DNA of 64,000 nucleotides from Fistulifera solaris (lineage: Eukaryota), in assembly GCA_030295235.1 (NCBI GenBank), contig AP026123.1:248001-312000 (forward strand). Direction: 5' to 3'. Below the pieces are notes generated by a model. It saw only the letters and a program-made list of their open reading frames with translations. It had not been told where the DNA came from and made no database searches. The translations under genes and the position numbers were made by a program. This document shows, in pieces, positions 36,932 to 49,332 of the stretch (position 1 is the stretch's first letter; each line of letters begins with the position of its first letter).

Positions 36932-37074
36932 GGTAACGAAGGCATCAATCAAGAGGTTTTTGTGAGAAATTCCTTTCTAAACGTGTTTACTCATTTATTC
37001 AAAGAAAAGATGATGATGAACAACATCGCACTCGTCATGCGATCTTTTTTCGTTTTTTATATTCAGTGCCGCCC

Positions 37075-38138
37075 AGGTCCAGAATTTCTGGTTGACACAA
37101 AATCACGGATTCCAGAAATTCTGGAATTTGCACAAATTAATTGTTATTCTCAAAACACTAGTTCCCGAATATCCGGACTGTTCACAGCATTCTGTATGAC
37201 CTAAAACAACGATTTCAGAATATCTGGAACGCCAACGAAATGTCTGTTTTTCATTCGAAACAACCGGTTCAGAATTTCAGGACCAAACACACAGAATTTC
37301 TGGCTGACACAAAATCACGGAGTCCAGAATTTCTGGAAATAACACAAACTGACTGTAATTCTCAAAACATTTGTTCCCGAATATCAGGAATGTCCACCGC
37401 ATTTCTGTATGACCCAAAAACACCGATTCCAGAATATCTGGATCGTCAGCGAAATGTCTGTTTTTGACTCGAAACAACCGGTCCAGAATTTCTGGACCAG
37501 TCACACAGAATTTCTGGACCAGTCAAACAGAATTTCTGGCTGACACAAAACCAAGGATTCCAGAATTTCTGGAATTTGCACAAATTAACTGTTATTCTCA
37601 AAACACTAGTTCCCGAATATCCAAATTGTTCACAGCATTCTGTATGACCCAAAAACACCGATTCCAGAATATCTGGAACGTCAGCGAAATGTCTGTTTTT
37701 GACTCGAAACAACCGGTCCAGAATTTCTGGACCAGTCACACAGAATTTCTGGCTGACACAAAACCAAGGATTCCAGAATTTCTGGAATTTGCACAAATTA
37801 ACTGTTATTCTCAAAACACTAGTTCCCGAATATCCAAATTGTTCACAGCATTCTGTATGACCCAAAAACACCGATTCCAGAATATCTGGAACGTCAGCGA
37901 AATGTCTGTTTTTGACTCGAAACAACCGGTCCAGAATTTCTGGACCAGTCACACAGAATTTCTGGCTGACACAAAACCAAGGATTCCAGAATTTTTGGAA
38001 TATGCACAAATTAACTGTTATTCTCAAAACCCTAGTTCCCGAATATCCGGAATGTTCACAGCATTCTGTATGACCTAAAACAACGATTCCAGAATATCTG
38101 GAACGTCAACGAAATGTCTGTTTTTGAGTCGAAACAAC
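37075..38138. repeat. Tandem repeat, 213-bp unit, ~5 copies, rich in CCAGAATTTCTGG palindromes
   Basis: TGACACAAAA anchor at 37093, 37305, 37541, 37754 and 37967 (spacings 212/236/213/213). Confidence 0.97.
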
Positions 38139-38269
38139 AAATGATCACGACTGAACTGCCGTCACGGCGAAAAAGGAAACAAGCAGCACAAGTAAAAAAG
38201 CAATGAGTATGAACTAGTGGGTGATGATTTTCTTAATTTCGTTCTCGTTTTTGGTATCGTACTTTATTC

Positions 38270-39927
38270 CTAGTCTTTGATTTGAATGTTGCGAATCCGT
38301 CCATCCACGACGGGGTGGATAGCAAAAGGATCCACGAAGGGTGTCCGAAGTTTTTCTTTGAATTTGGCAGCCGCAGCAATCACGGAACCTTGGATTGTGT
38401 AGTCCGTCCACCTCCGTAAGATGCCTATCTCCGTAAACAAATTAGCGACGGCGGTCGGTAGCAGAGGGCAATATTCTTCATCGCGAACGACTTTCAAGCC
38501 GGATAGAACATCGTACCCATCCTTTCCTTTTAACAAATAAGTCTTTGTACAGAGAGTATAGGTCCTTTGCGATTCCAAAGGACAAAAGGTAGCTGGTGAA
38601 TTGTTGTCAATTGACGGAGGCGGGGGTGTCTCGCCCCTTTGTGAAGACATGAAAAGCATTGTCGACTACGGACTGTCACGGATCCTTCAACTAATCTGGA
38701 ACCGGCTGGTTTTGAAGGATCGAACGCGAACCGGACGCCATCGACACAAGGAAAACGACCCTCCATGGCGGGATATTGCGAGACTCCATTCTCGAGTACT
38801 TGTAGGAGCTGTGCTCCAGTGATTTCAACAACTTCCATGGAATCGTCCATCGGCACCAGATCGGCCAAATCGCTCATTCGAATGTCGCCTTTCGGTAAGA
38901 TTCGGTCGGCTCTAATGGATCCGGAATTCAGTAGCGCAATGTCGGCATCTGTTGCTCGAGCCATGACACTGGCAAGAAAGTTGGCAACATTTGTTTCCTT
39001 GGTTCTGATCTGCGAAAACCTGGCGTCGAGATCCACTTTACTTGTCCCAACGACGCTATTCATGCTTTTCTGTACATCCGACTGGATCGCTTTCACTATT
39101 GCGGCGATCTCGGAATCTTCCGGCATGTCATTTGATATTTGATAGCGTGTCGACACTGTTTTCAATGGATAATACATTCCAGTAGATGCATCGATCACTT
39201 GACTCTCTCTTCCCTCAATTCGAATTGCAGTGAAATCACTAAAGTCAGTTCCGGAATTCAATATGCGAATTTGGTTTCGAATGGTGTCTTCGTAGTGGTG
39301 GTCGTGTCCACCTAAAATGATATCTATTTGTCCAGCACACTCATCCGCAAGTTTGTAGTCACTAGGCATTCGCATATGACTTGTAGCAACAGCCATATCA
39401 AACGGCCCATGCTCTTGAATAATTTCGGGTACTCTCCTCTTAACGTAATCGGTTGGTTCTTCGAATTCAATTGACTCGGGTTCGACCGTCGACAATGTCG
39501 CCATCCACGAAGCTTCAATGAGACCGAGCACCAAAAGGCGGTTCCCATTTCTCTCTAATATGACATATTCTTCACACCCTGCTAATTGTTGTGATTGTTC
39601 GTCTTTGTTTTGAACGACATTCCGTGCATTCGAACAAATCCACGGAAATCCACATTGCTCACGGAGTGCGATAAACTCGGGAACACCAAAATCCAAATCA
39701 TGATTTCCCAAGCACGCGCAATCAATGTTGAGTGCTTTGAGAACAGGGATCATTTGTTTGCCTCGGAGACTAGTGGAAAGAAGGGATGGAGAGAAAGCAT
39801 CTCCACTGAAAAAGGTACACGAGGAGTCACCGGTCGTTTGCTGTAATTCGCGCACCTTATGCACAAAACGGGCCGCTTTCTCGACATTGTAGACGTCATT
39901 GAAGTGAATAAACGTGATTTCTTTCAT
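38270..39927 (-). CDS. 5'-nucleotidase / calcineurin-like metallophosphoesterase with 5_nucleotid_C domain
   Basis: HFNDVY, SGDAFSPS, GNHDLDFG, LGGHDH, LNSGSIR, GRFPCVDG and GKDGYD motifs; frameshift near 38650. Confidence 0.9.
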
Positions 39928-40469
39928 CTTATCAGTGTTCAGCGAGTATACTAGGTCGCAATTGATGAAAAGAAAATTCGGAGGTTGTGTGTGTGTGCGT
40001 CGTTATTGCTGTAATGGTATGCATGCTCGTCAAATGTTCACTGACGGATAATCTGTCTGTTATGGGTTTGCTCAAACGGTATTATACTGTACAAAGATCC
40101 ATTGACTTTTGACTGCCTACATACAACTACTCCGTCACCTAGCTTATTACTCTACAGCTGTTCTTATTCAGGCGATTGGTACTTCAAAGTGAGAAGCATA
40201 TTTTTATGATTGGGATCTATTCTGGTTGCGTCGAACCGCGCAGATAAGGAAGTGATGCTATGATACGCAACCTTTATCGTCGTAGGAATCGTGGCTTGAA
40301 CGAAATACTGCAAAAAGACTTGCAACTCGGCTAGTATAGCTTTCAAAGCTCTATCCCTGTGAAACGGGTGCGATTTGGTGAGCGTAGAAAAGAATACTTC
40401 GTCTTATGTTTTGTTTCAAGTTTGCGATGATGAAAAGCAGTCGAGCTTCCTGTTGTTTCTAATAGTACT

Positions 40470-41339
40470 TTATAAGTTTAGCGCGACCTTACGAGCTTCC
40501 TCCAGAATGATAGTCGTCCAATATAGCTGCAAGAATCCTAATGGAAGATTCATGCCGAGGAAAACATATAGAACCCATTCTTTACCAGGACGGAGCTTCG
40601 TGGCCTGACCAGATTGCATAACTTTGTAGCAATCTTGAAATAGCTGTATACTAATGGGCCACCAGTAAATGACTCGAAAGAGAATGAAAGTGATAGCAAA
40701 TGGCGGCGCCACAGAAGTCCCCACAATTTGATCAAAGAGAGAGCCCGGCGTTGGTGGAAAATACTTGGACAAGTCCACAAAGACCAAAAAGACGCTACTG
40801 ACTTCCGAAAGCCCTAGAAAGAAGACTCCATAATGTTGCAAGCATTGATATCGGACGGAACACCACGACACGGACGCCGCCATGAAATGATGAGTGAGCA
40901 TGATCGCGGTCCGATGCTCTTCAATGAGTAGAGAAATCATAAAATCCCAGAGCTGAAAGGTGAAACAGATAGCTGCCGTCAATTCCGCCTCCGGAATATA
41001 TCCGAACAGCCGACCTTCGGGTGTCTGGGGAACGGCGGTATGCGAGCGTCCGGTAATAAACCAGGTGTAGACTCCCAAGACGGCGCAACAGAAGAGAGCC
41101 AGACAACTCGTCACCTGGAACGCGAAAAGGTCCGAACGAGAGCATATTTGATCTTCCTTCACATTCTTGCAAAATTCATCCCCCGCTCCGGGCAAGCCAA
41201 GGATTGATGTCGAGTCGCGAAAGGTATATTCCAACGAGAAATAGAGGACCGTGAGTAGGGTCAACCCTGTGATGATATACGGCATCATCCGGGGAACGCC
41301 ATTGGGGATTGCCGCCGGCACATCCGATGATTTCGCCAT
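40470..41339 (-). CDS. TLC (TRAM/LAG1/CLN8) domain membrane protein
   Basis: FQLWDF, MLTHH, FFLGLSEVSSVFL, FILFRV and LQLYW motifs; multiple TM segments. Confidence 0.85.
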   Translation of the reverse strand: MAKSSDVPAAIPNGVPRMMPYIITGLTLLTVLYFSLEYTFRDSTSILGLPGAGDEFCKNVKEDQICSRSDLFAFQVTSCLALFCCAVLGVYTWFITGRSHTAVPQTPEGRLFGYIPEAELTAAICFTFQLWDFMISLLIEEHRTAIMLTHHFMAASVSWCSVRYQCLQHYGVFFLGLSEVSSVFLVFVDLSKYFPPTPGSLFDQIVGTSVAPPFAITFILFRVIYWWPISIQLFQDCYKVMQSGQATKLRPGKEWVLYVFLGMNLPLGFLQLYWTTIILEEARKVALNL

Positions 41340-41449
41340 TTGCTGGAGAAACTATCAATTGACTGGTTTTCTTGGTAAGTAACTTGAATGATTAGTGTGT
41401 AAATAGTAAATACTTGGTAGTGTTGTTTGCTTATTATTGGTTTGGTTCT

Positions 41450-41670
41450 GTGGTCCAGATTTTCTGGACCATACGTATAAACACCAAACTTCCAGATTTG
41501 CTGGAAACGTGAAAATACTCCAGATTTTCTGGACCACGTGTAAACAGCAAGTTCCCAGATTTTCTGGGAGAGTAAAATACAAATGGTCCAGATTTTCTGG
41601 ACCACGTGTAACCTTAATTAACACGCCGCGCACTCTTCCAGATTTTCTCGGAACGTGAAAAATACAACTT
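41450..41670. repeat. Array of six CCAGATTTTCTGG palindromes (~30-50 bp spacing) between divergent genes
   Basis: TGGTCCAGATTTTCTGGACCA twice, plus TTCCAGATTTGCTGGAA, TCCAGATTTTCTGGA, TCCCAGATTTTCTGGGA and TTCCAGATTTTCTCGGAA. Confidence 0.85.
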
Positions 41671-41795
41671 ACAACTATTGTGATAACGAAGTACATCGAT
41701 CGTTCATCTTGTCGCTAGACTCTGTCAAGCCTTGCCCTAATTTTGTCAGCTAATATTAGTTCGATATTAGTTTGAGAGACAAAGTCGAACTTAAA

Positions 41796-42620
41796 ATGAT
41801 CGGGCGTCGGTCAAAAGTCGGTATTCTTGCTTGGATCTTGCTGTCGGTTGTCCACGCCTTCCAGCCTCCTCATCGTTGCGGACGACGAATCATCTTCGGC
41901 AGCGGGCAGCAGTGCCTTCGGGCTGAGAAAAATGATAATGATAATAGTATGATGGAATACCGAAACGCGGCTACCAATTTACTTTCCAATTTTATGAAGA
42001 AAGAAGACGAAATTGCAAGCACGGATCCTTTATTCAACATCGATTTCTCGGCGCCCAAATTCTCAAAGAAAGTCAGTTTGGAGGTTCTGGCGCAATTGCT
42101 TGACGCGGAACTCTACGAAAGGGAATGGTTTGTGACAGGGAATGTCAATCCCATTTATTTTTCAGAAAATTTCCTGTTTCAAGATCCTGATGTTCGTTTG
42201 GAAGGAATCGAGGCGTATGCCAGAGGCGTCAACAAATTGTTCGATCAGGAAACCAGTCGAGCCGAAATCATTTCCACCAAAGTGAATCCCGATGTTCCGA
42301 ATACAATCACATGTACTTGGAGACTCTCCGGAAAGGCAAATATTGGTCCCGGCTTAACGATCAAGCCCTACATTGTATATACTGATCTCAAGGTCGATCC
42401 CGAGTCAGGTTTGATTGTATTTCAAGAAGATCGCTTCAATTTACCGCAATGGGATATTCTCTTGAGTTCCTTGTTTCCCTTCTTGATTGGAGTCGTTACA
42501 GCCCCACCCGCACCGCCTGTAGAGCCTCGAACTGTCATCAAGCCCGTGATGAAAGATGAGTTTTCATGGCCGAAATTGAAATTCTTTTGTAAGCCGATGA
42601 CTCAGACGAATCAGCTTTGA
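41796..42620 (+). CDS. Plastid-targeted NTF2/SnoaL-like (DUF2358-like) protein
   Basis: Signal VHA-FQP; WFVTGNVNPIYFSENFLFQDPDV and ITCTWRLSG motifs. Confidence 0.7.
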   Translation: MIGRRSKVGILAWILLSVVHAFQPPHRCGRRIIFGSGQQCLRAEKNDNDNSMMEYRNAATNLLSNFMKKEDEIASTDPLFNIDFSAPKFSKKVSLEVLAQLLDAELYEREWFVTGNVNPIYFSENFLFQDPDVRLEGIEAYARGVNKLFDQETSRAEIISTKVNPDVPNTITCTWRLSGKANIGPGLTIKPYIVYTDLKVDPESGLIVFQEDRFNLPQWDILLSSLFPFLIGVVTAPPAPPVEPRTVIKPVMKDEFSWPKLKFFCKPMTQTNQL

Positions 42621-42869
42621 TTTGATGTAACACAAGATATCTTTGATGATGTTGATAGTAGAATCATACGATAAACAATAATGGTAACGAGAAACACAAT
42701 GTAATGCGAAGTCTAGCAGAACTTTGACAACCTAGGTCTAGGCAAGCAACCTTGACTAGACTCGTCAATCAAACAAGTCGTTTCGAATACCGCATGACGA
42801 GGTACAAAGTGAATAATTTCTATGCGACTTCGGATGGTCTTTCAGTTCATGATTTATGCTCATTATCGT

Positions 42870-43506
42870 TTATTTGGCAGCATCCGGGGCTTTCATCGCA
42901 AAACTCTCCGTAAATTCACGTGCACGTTTTATGGCTTCTGCTTCGTTACTCTTCCATACTTCCGCCACCGTATTATCAAGAGGATCATCAGGATTTGGAG
43001 CACTCAGTAAAGCCTGAATACTGAGAAGAACTGTTCGAATTTGCAAGGCCGGACTCCATTTGTCTTTGAGAATGTCTAAGCAAATTCGCCCTAATTTGTC
43101 AACATTGGGATGGTATATTTTCGTCAAAAACCGAACTAATGGCGGTGCCATTGGATAATCCGCCGGCAAGAATAGTTCCAGTTGAAAAACTCCGCGCTCG
43201 TACGGTGAATCGGCGGGGCCTTCAATGGCGACGGCAAAATAGCGCAAATTGTCCTGATACGGAGTCGCACTAATTCCGGCAACGGGCTCTGCGATCAGAC
43301 GTTGTGTCTCCTATTGGTGATTGAAACGTACTGTGAGTGCTTAATCAAGAGAAAAAGATTGCGAATCCGTGTGTTTGACCTTGCTTTTTCTGTTCTTTCA
43401 AGTAACAATAATGGTCGGCCATCCTCGTGTAAGGCCTTCTCGTTTTTTCTCGACATGTAAGCCAACCTACCTTGACAATACGACGCGGGAGCTGTGCGTT
43501 GCTCAT
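42870..43506 (-). CDS. UBC13: Ubiquitin-conjugating enzyme E2 N
   Basis: Exon 1 [12 protein letters not shown] (43506-43471), intron 43470-43311, exon 2 ETQRL...[33 protein letters not shown]. Confidence 0.95.
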
Positions 43507-44122
43507 CTTAAAGTCCAGTCGCTTACTTGTTACTACTGAAAGGACCACAATCGTCAAAAGTGGAATGAATAGAACGTAATGACTGCTTCTGCGGTGCAAG
43601 ACCTTTGCTTTAATTTTTGCTGTCAACACAGCGTTTTGTTCGACCGTCGCTCTATCGCTTTATGCGCGTCGTCAGCGCGCGAGCTCTGTGCAGACTTTGT
43701 CAACACGTTGCGTTTGCGTCGCCCGTTGCAAACGTTAACCTTAACCTTACTGCGCAATGAAATGTGCGCCACGTTGCTCAAAGAACACGTCGTAAGTCGT
43801 AAAGCAACTTTGAACTTTGAACGGAATTGTGCCACGAACCAATGACCGTTGACAGTAATAGATGGAAAAGCATCGTACACGAACAGCTATACTGAGATAT
43901 CAACGGCTAAATAGTATTCACTATTATCACGGTCTTAGTCGCGGACCGGAATACAGGACTACTTTGCGCCGATACTACCTAAACGAAGCAAGATGCAAAA
44001 ACAGAACAAGAAAATACTTCATTCTTCTCCCCCACACCACACCATTGCTCGGCACTCTGCTTCTGTTGCATAGATAAACAATATAGAACATATCGCTCTC
44101 ACAAATTCACACACGGCTCAAA

Positions 44123-45145
44123 ATGAACTTCTCGACTAGCACGCAAAATCGAGAACGCGATGCCGAAAATACTCGTCGTTCTTTCGGCCTTTTTCCTTAT
44201 CTTAGCGACGATCTCAAGCATCACGTCATTTCTTTCATTGCCGATGCACCATTGGAGAAATTGCCAGAGAACTATCCCGTCTCGTCATTAACTCATTCTC
44301 TCCCTTCAGTCTCGAAGAAGTTTCATTATCTTTCGAAACATGACTATTTTTGGAGAAGGGCTATCATGCGACAAACAGCTCGGGAGCCTATTCTTTGGAG
44401 AACCGCACTTTTTCGCATGCTTCAAACAAGCCAGACGAGTGATTGCGCCTCTAATCTCTCTTTTTCTAAAGTTGCATTGAACGCCAGAAAGTTTACTGGA
44501 ACCGATGAAGAACTCATTGATATGGTGCATGCGGCATTGGACCGACCATCGTTCAAATATGTCTATCAAATCGTCGTTTCGGAACATTTGCGTTACAAAG
44601 GGCCAGTTCTGTGTATGCCGGGGCAAATTCAACTGGGTCAATTTTACGAACTTAATGATGCGGATCGAATGATCTACAAAGTGATGCGGCAAATCATGAA
44701 AGATCATCCGGAATCGGCGCGACAGGGTGGTCCGATCGTCAATGACGCAATCTTTGTTCACGCCAATCGGGGGCCTTTGGCCAAAACGACGCCCGCTGTC
44801 TTGGTTCAGGTCATGCGCTGTGAATTCTTTCCAGAAGAAGAACGGGCACATGTTGTTTTACTTCCCATTGCTCATGTGTGGATGGAAAAAGTATGGCTGT
44901 GCACGAAGGGCAGTGACCTTGTCTACGCGCAATGCCTCCGAATGACGAACCGAGTATCAGCCGATATGAATCGACTGGCTCGGCAAGAAGCTTTGGCGTT
45001 CATCATGGGACGCGTGGCTGGGGAAGTTTTGGAGTCAAATTATTTCGATGATCTCATGGACGACTCAGATGATGAGATATCAACAACGTCATCCGATTTC
45101 GACGAGGATGAAGACGATTTAGAATCACTCACAGAAGTGTTCTGA
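44123..45145 (+). CDS. Hypothetical protein with F-box-like N-terminal motif
   Basis: FPYLSDDLKHHVISFI...LPSVSKKF...DYFW; 340-aa ORF with an acidic tail. Confidence 0.6.
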   Translation: MNFSTSTQNRERDAENTRRSFGLFPYLSDDLKHHVISFIADAPLEKLPENYPVSSLTHSLPSVSKKFHYLSKHDYFWRRAIMRQTAREPILWRTALFRMLQTSQTSDCASNLSFSKVALNARKFTGTDEELIDMVHAALDRPSFKYVYQIVVSEHLRYKGPVLCMPGQIQLGQFYELNDADRMIYKVMRQIMKDHPESARQGGPIVNDAIFVHANRGPLAKTTPAVLVQVMRCEFFPEEERAHVVLLPIAHVWMEKVWLCTKGSDLVYAQCLRMTNRVSADMNRLARQEALAFIMGRVAGEVLESNYFDDLMDDSDDEISTTSSDFDEDEDDLESLTEVF

Positions 45146-45224
45146 TTTGCGAATGATGAACGATTCCAGAATAGTATCACAACAAAAATGCATAATTTAT
45201 TATTTTCATTTATTATCGTAAGTT

Positions 45225-45740
45225 TCACTTTTCGTCTTCTTCATCGTCATCGTCGTAGTCATCATCGTCGTCATCCTCCTCTTGATCTCCTTTCCCATAA
45301 GTTAGAGGGACGTTTCCTCTCTCGACTTGCGTCCAGTATTCATCCATCCCTTCGTCCGGATTGAAGTAAATATAAATTCCTATTCCAGTTGTGAGAGTCG
45401 CCAAAAACGCCGCTAAATATCTTCGAAAGGGATTTGTTCGGATCGGAGGTGGAGGCGGAAGACTTAGTAGTGGAGGTGGCCGAGAATAATCCACTTTGCA
45501 AAGACCGTACGGACCCAGGGCATCACCTTTGGGAATCATTTCATCCGCTGCTAACTTCCATTTGGGTCGAGCTACAGAAGATCGGGATCGTCCCGCACTT
45601 GTGCGTCTTGGTGTTTTGCTCGAAGCAGACAGGAATCGGTGTTGTTGTATAGTCTTACTGCTATGTGCTTCTGTTAATTGTCTTTTTGTTGCTGCGAACT
45701 GCGGTTGCAGGCAATGATGGATTGTAGCAAAGGAACGCAT
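45225..45740 (-). CDS. Small single-pass, probably mitochondrial, hypothetical protein
   Basis: Basic Ser/Arg-rich presequence, one TM segment (LAAFLATLTTGIGIYIYF), acidic tail. Confidence 0.6.
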   Translation of the reverse strand: MRSFATIHHCLQPQFAATKRQLTEAHSSKTIQQHRFLSASSKTPRRTSAGRSRSSVARPKWKLAADEMIPKGDALGPYGLCKVDYSRPPPLLSLPPPPPIRTNPFRRYLAAFLATLTTGIGIYIYFNPDEGMDEYWTQVERGNVPLTYGKGDQEEDDDDDDYDDDDEEDEK

Positions 45741-46282
45741 TCTTATTTCTTATTTCTTCGACGAACTTTTCTGTACTGCCGTTTTTTCTGCCGTTATCCC
45801 TCGACGCGACTTCCAGTTCAGCGCTAAGCGAGTACGGAGTACGATTCTTATTAATGGTGTGGAAGGAAAAACAAGATTCATCAAGAGTCTTTCAATCCAA
45901 TAATCATGACAACATTGCAAAATGCGCGGCTCTGAGCTGTTTGTTGGCAAAATCGACGAAGCTCGATTGCTTTCATCTTTCATTCACGATTTGCGTCTGT
46001 CTGCTCCCCGTTTGTTTAGTAGTTACTCCGTAGTAGTTAGTAGGTGAAAAAAAGGAACACGGAATTTTGTTCTTTGAGTACCGGATTCTCACGCCGGCCA
46101 CCCCACCCGGCACGCGAAACTGCATGGAGTGGCGCACAGAGAACCTCGACGTACGCGAACGAGGGCGGCAAAACGACAACGTGCGTGTTTTTGTCTCCCG
46201 ATCTTTCCGTTGCGTGTCATCAACTCCAATCATCCTCGGTTTCAAACGTTCAAAGCACTTGTTTTACTTACAAGCGCGAACC

Positions 46283-48306
46283 ATGGTATCTTCTCCATTC
46301 AAACCTGGCAAGTTTCTAGCCGCGATTGCGGTCGCTTCGGCGATTGCCCAGACGGCAGCTTTCTCTTCTCAAGGGTAAGAATTTTGAATGGCGCAACATT
46401 GTCGGCATTCGGTTTGCCGTTCATCTCCGAGTACTCGGTCATTTGACTTGTTTTCTAACAAAACCCGTTTTAATTTGATTACATTTGCAGACGTTTCCCT
46501 CTATCCGTCTCGAATGCTCGCTCGTTCGTTCAGCCGAAACCTGTCGGCTTCGCGCCCATCACATCCACATCTTTGGAGGCCCATTTGAGTGACAATGCGT
46601 CCCAGACAGTCCCCTCGAAGCGCCGTGTCGCTGCCAAGGTACGTTATGTGTGCTTTACAAGAGTACTACACACTCGCTATATGATCCTCTCAACACATTA
46701 CACCTAATTTTGGAATACAGATTCTCAGTAGGGTGGCATTCGGTTTCTGCTCTCTCGCTCTCTTGCACATGGCAACGTTGGAACCTGCCAATGCTGCCCG
46801 AAAGGCCAAAAAAGCTGTGGAAGTCCCTTTGCACCTCGGACAGAAAATTGCCAACTACTTTCGTACCTTTGGAATCCCTGATCTAGGTGTTCTTACTATC
46901 ATCTCCGCTTTGCCCATTGTCGAGCTTCGTGGAGCTATTCCAGTCGGCATCTGGATGGGTCTACCGATTTCCAAAGTCTTGCCCGTTTGCATATTGGGAA
47001 ACATGATTCCGATTCTCCCTCTTCTTTTGTTGCTCCGAAACAAGACCTTGAAAAACGCCATGAATCCTATTCTCACTCAGGCTGAGAAGAAAACGAAGGA
47101 ACTTGGTATCGGTTCGGTTCAAAAGCAATGGGCTTCTCTTGCTACCTTTGTTGGTATTCCCTTGCCGGGAACTGGTGCCTGGACGGGTGCCATGGGAGCC
47201 TTCTTGCTCGGTATGCCTCTTGCGGTTGCCTTTACCTCGATTTTCGCCGGTGTTGTTTCGGCGGGTGTGATCATGACCGCCATTACCCTTGCTGGAAAAG
47301 CTGGTGGAATCGCCGCTCTTGCCGCCTTGTTGCTTTATGCCGGTATTGAGCTTTCCAAAGGCGGTTCGTCGAGTGGCAAACAAGACTTTTTGGAAGCCGA
47401 ACCGTACTGGGATCAGACTAACGTCCCCGTCAATGTCTACAAGAACAAGGCTCCTTTCGTCGGAAAGGTCATCTCTACGAAGCGAATCGTCGGTCCCAAG
47501 GCAACGGGTGAGACGTGCCACATTATCATTGACCACAAAGGCGATTTCCCGTACTGGGAGGGACAATCCTGGGGTGTCATTCCGCCCGGTGTTCGTGAAA
47601 GGACGGAAAGCCGCACAGTGTGCGTCTTTACTCGATCGCCTCTTCCCGTTACGGTGATGACATGACCGGAAAGACCGGAAGTCTTTGCGTGCGTCGTGCC
47701 ACTTACTGGTGCCCGGAGTTGAAGGCGGACGATCCCGCCAAGAAGGGTATCTGCTCCAACTTTTTGTGTGACACCAAGCCTGGAGATGAAGTTCAAATGA
47801 CTGGCCCCGCTGGTAAAGTGATGCTTCTACCGGAAGAGAACCCGAGCACGGACTACATCATGGTGGGAACCGGAACGGGTGTTGCTCCCTACCGTGGCTT
47901 CATTCGAAGATTGTTTGTCGAGAACACTCCCGCCGCCGCAGCCTACAAGGGACAAGCCTGGTTGTTCCTTGGTGTTGCCAACAGCGACGCTCTCCTTTAC
48001 GACGACGAGTGGCAAGCGGTCAAAAAGGATCATCCGGAACAGTTCCGTTTGGACTATGCACTCTCTCGTGAACAGACGAACGCCAAAGGCGGTAAGATGT
48101 ACATTCAGGATAAGATTGAAGAGTATGCGGATGAAGTGTTCAACAAGCTTGAGAATGGTGCCGTCATTTACTTCTGCGGTCTCAAGGGCATGATGCCTGG
48201 AATCCAGGAGATGCTTGAGACTGTTGCCAAGAAGAAGGGTATCGATTACGAAGAGTGGATCAAGGGCCTGAAAGCTAAGAAGCAGTGGAGAGTTGAGGTT
48301 TACTAA
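46283..48306 (+). CDS. petH: Plastid-targeted fusion: Sm_multidrug_ex membrane domain + ferredoxin-NADP+ reductase
   Basis: Exons 46283-46374, 46491-46638 and 46721-48306. [14 protein letters not shown] and [14 protein letters not shown], then in frame the FNR motifs [53 protein letters not shown] and VEVY*. A 1-nt shortfall in the A-run near 47600 lies inside FNR. Confidence 0.9.
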
Positions 48307-49332
48307 GTTGACCGGTATATTAACTTCGACGCTAAAAGAAGAATTACTTGTCCAGTAAATTCACATCTTTCTTTGTTACTTCCTGTCTCGTAAGCTATGT
48401 ATGCATTTGTAGCAATTAGTTAGATGGTATCGGGATTTCGGAGACGTATCTTTTTTGACGAGCAAGTAGGCGAAAACACGAATATGGCACAATCCATTTA
48501 GTTGATATGTGCGAAAGACGGCTAAGTTTTTCATAATTTTAATGAAAATTCATTAGTCTAGTCGCATCACCTCTTCGAATTCAGTCCTCTTCCTTCAGGT
48601 CTCAGTTTCGTCATGTGATAGTCTAGTGGTCGATCCTCCCTAGAGATGAGTACCGTTCGGCTTTAACACAAGCTGCAGTCAGCATCATTCTGACGTTTCG
48701 CAACTAAATCGACTTACGTCAGCATGACGTGGTCCACGCTGGCAGTAGTACACAGTGTAAAAGGATTTTTATCGAAGATGACGTAAGCTGAAGATTGTTA
48801 CGACTGAATGACGTATGACGTAAAGTAGAACACACACTCGCTCAAAAAGTAGACGTCAGTCATTTCCCCAGCAAAAACTCCCCCTCGGAAAATCTAACGT
48901 GTTTTGAAATCCAAATAATGTACTCTCACACCAATAGTAACGTCCCTTCAACGCTTTTCACGTGACCGGGAGCTTTTGGCGGGGGCGGAAAGCTTGAACC
49001 CGAAAACTGCCGGAACTCGCTGGCGTTTGTTGGAGTGTGCTTTGGATTGTAGGGAGGACGGATCTGCCGCTCGAAGAAAAAGACCGTTGCATCTTTCGGC
49101 TCTCCAAGAGCCAAGGAAGCCATCGTTGATGCTTCTTTCGTCTTCATAAATCGCTACTCCGTGTCTGGACTGCCGAGGTAGTCATTCGTTCGAAATCGCA
49201 TTGACCATCATTCAATCAAAGCTATTTGTTCCATCATTTGAGAATCAATCGCTTTGCTTTCATAAAAAGAGTCATCGCTTAGCCCTTTTCAACACAATAC
49301 AAGCTCTGCCTGCAAGCCATCCCAAGTTCACC

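Noticed and set aside
37446..38078. 193- and 204-aa ORFs as real genes
   Set aside because: They are a by-product of a 213-bp unit; outer units contain stops and no domain is recognisable.
37075..38138. Heat-shock element array
   Set aside because: TTCCAGAATTTCTGGAA has a 1-nt rather than 2-nt gap between the central GAA and TTC, so it is not a canonical nGAAnnTTCn triple.
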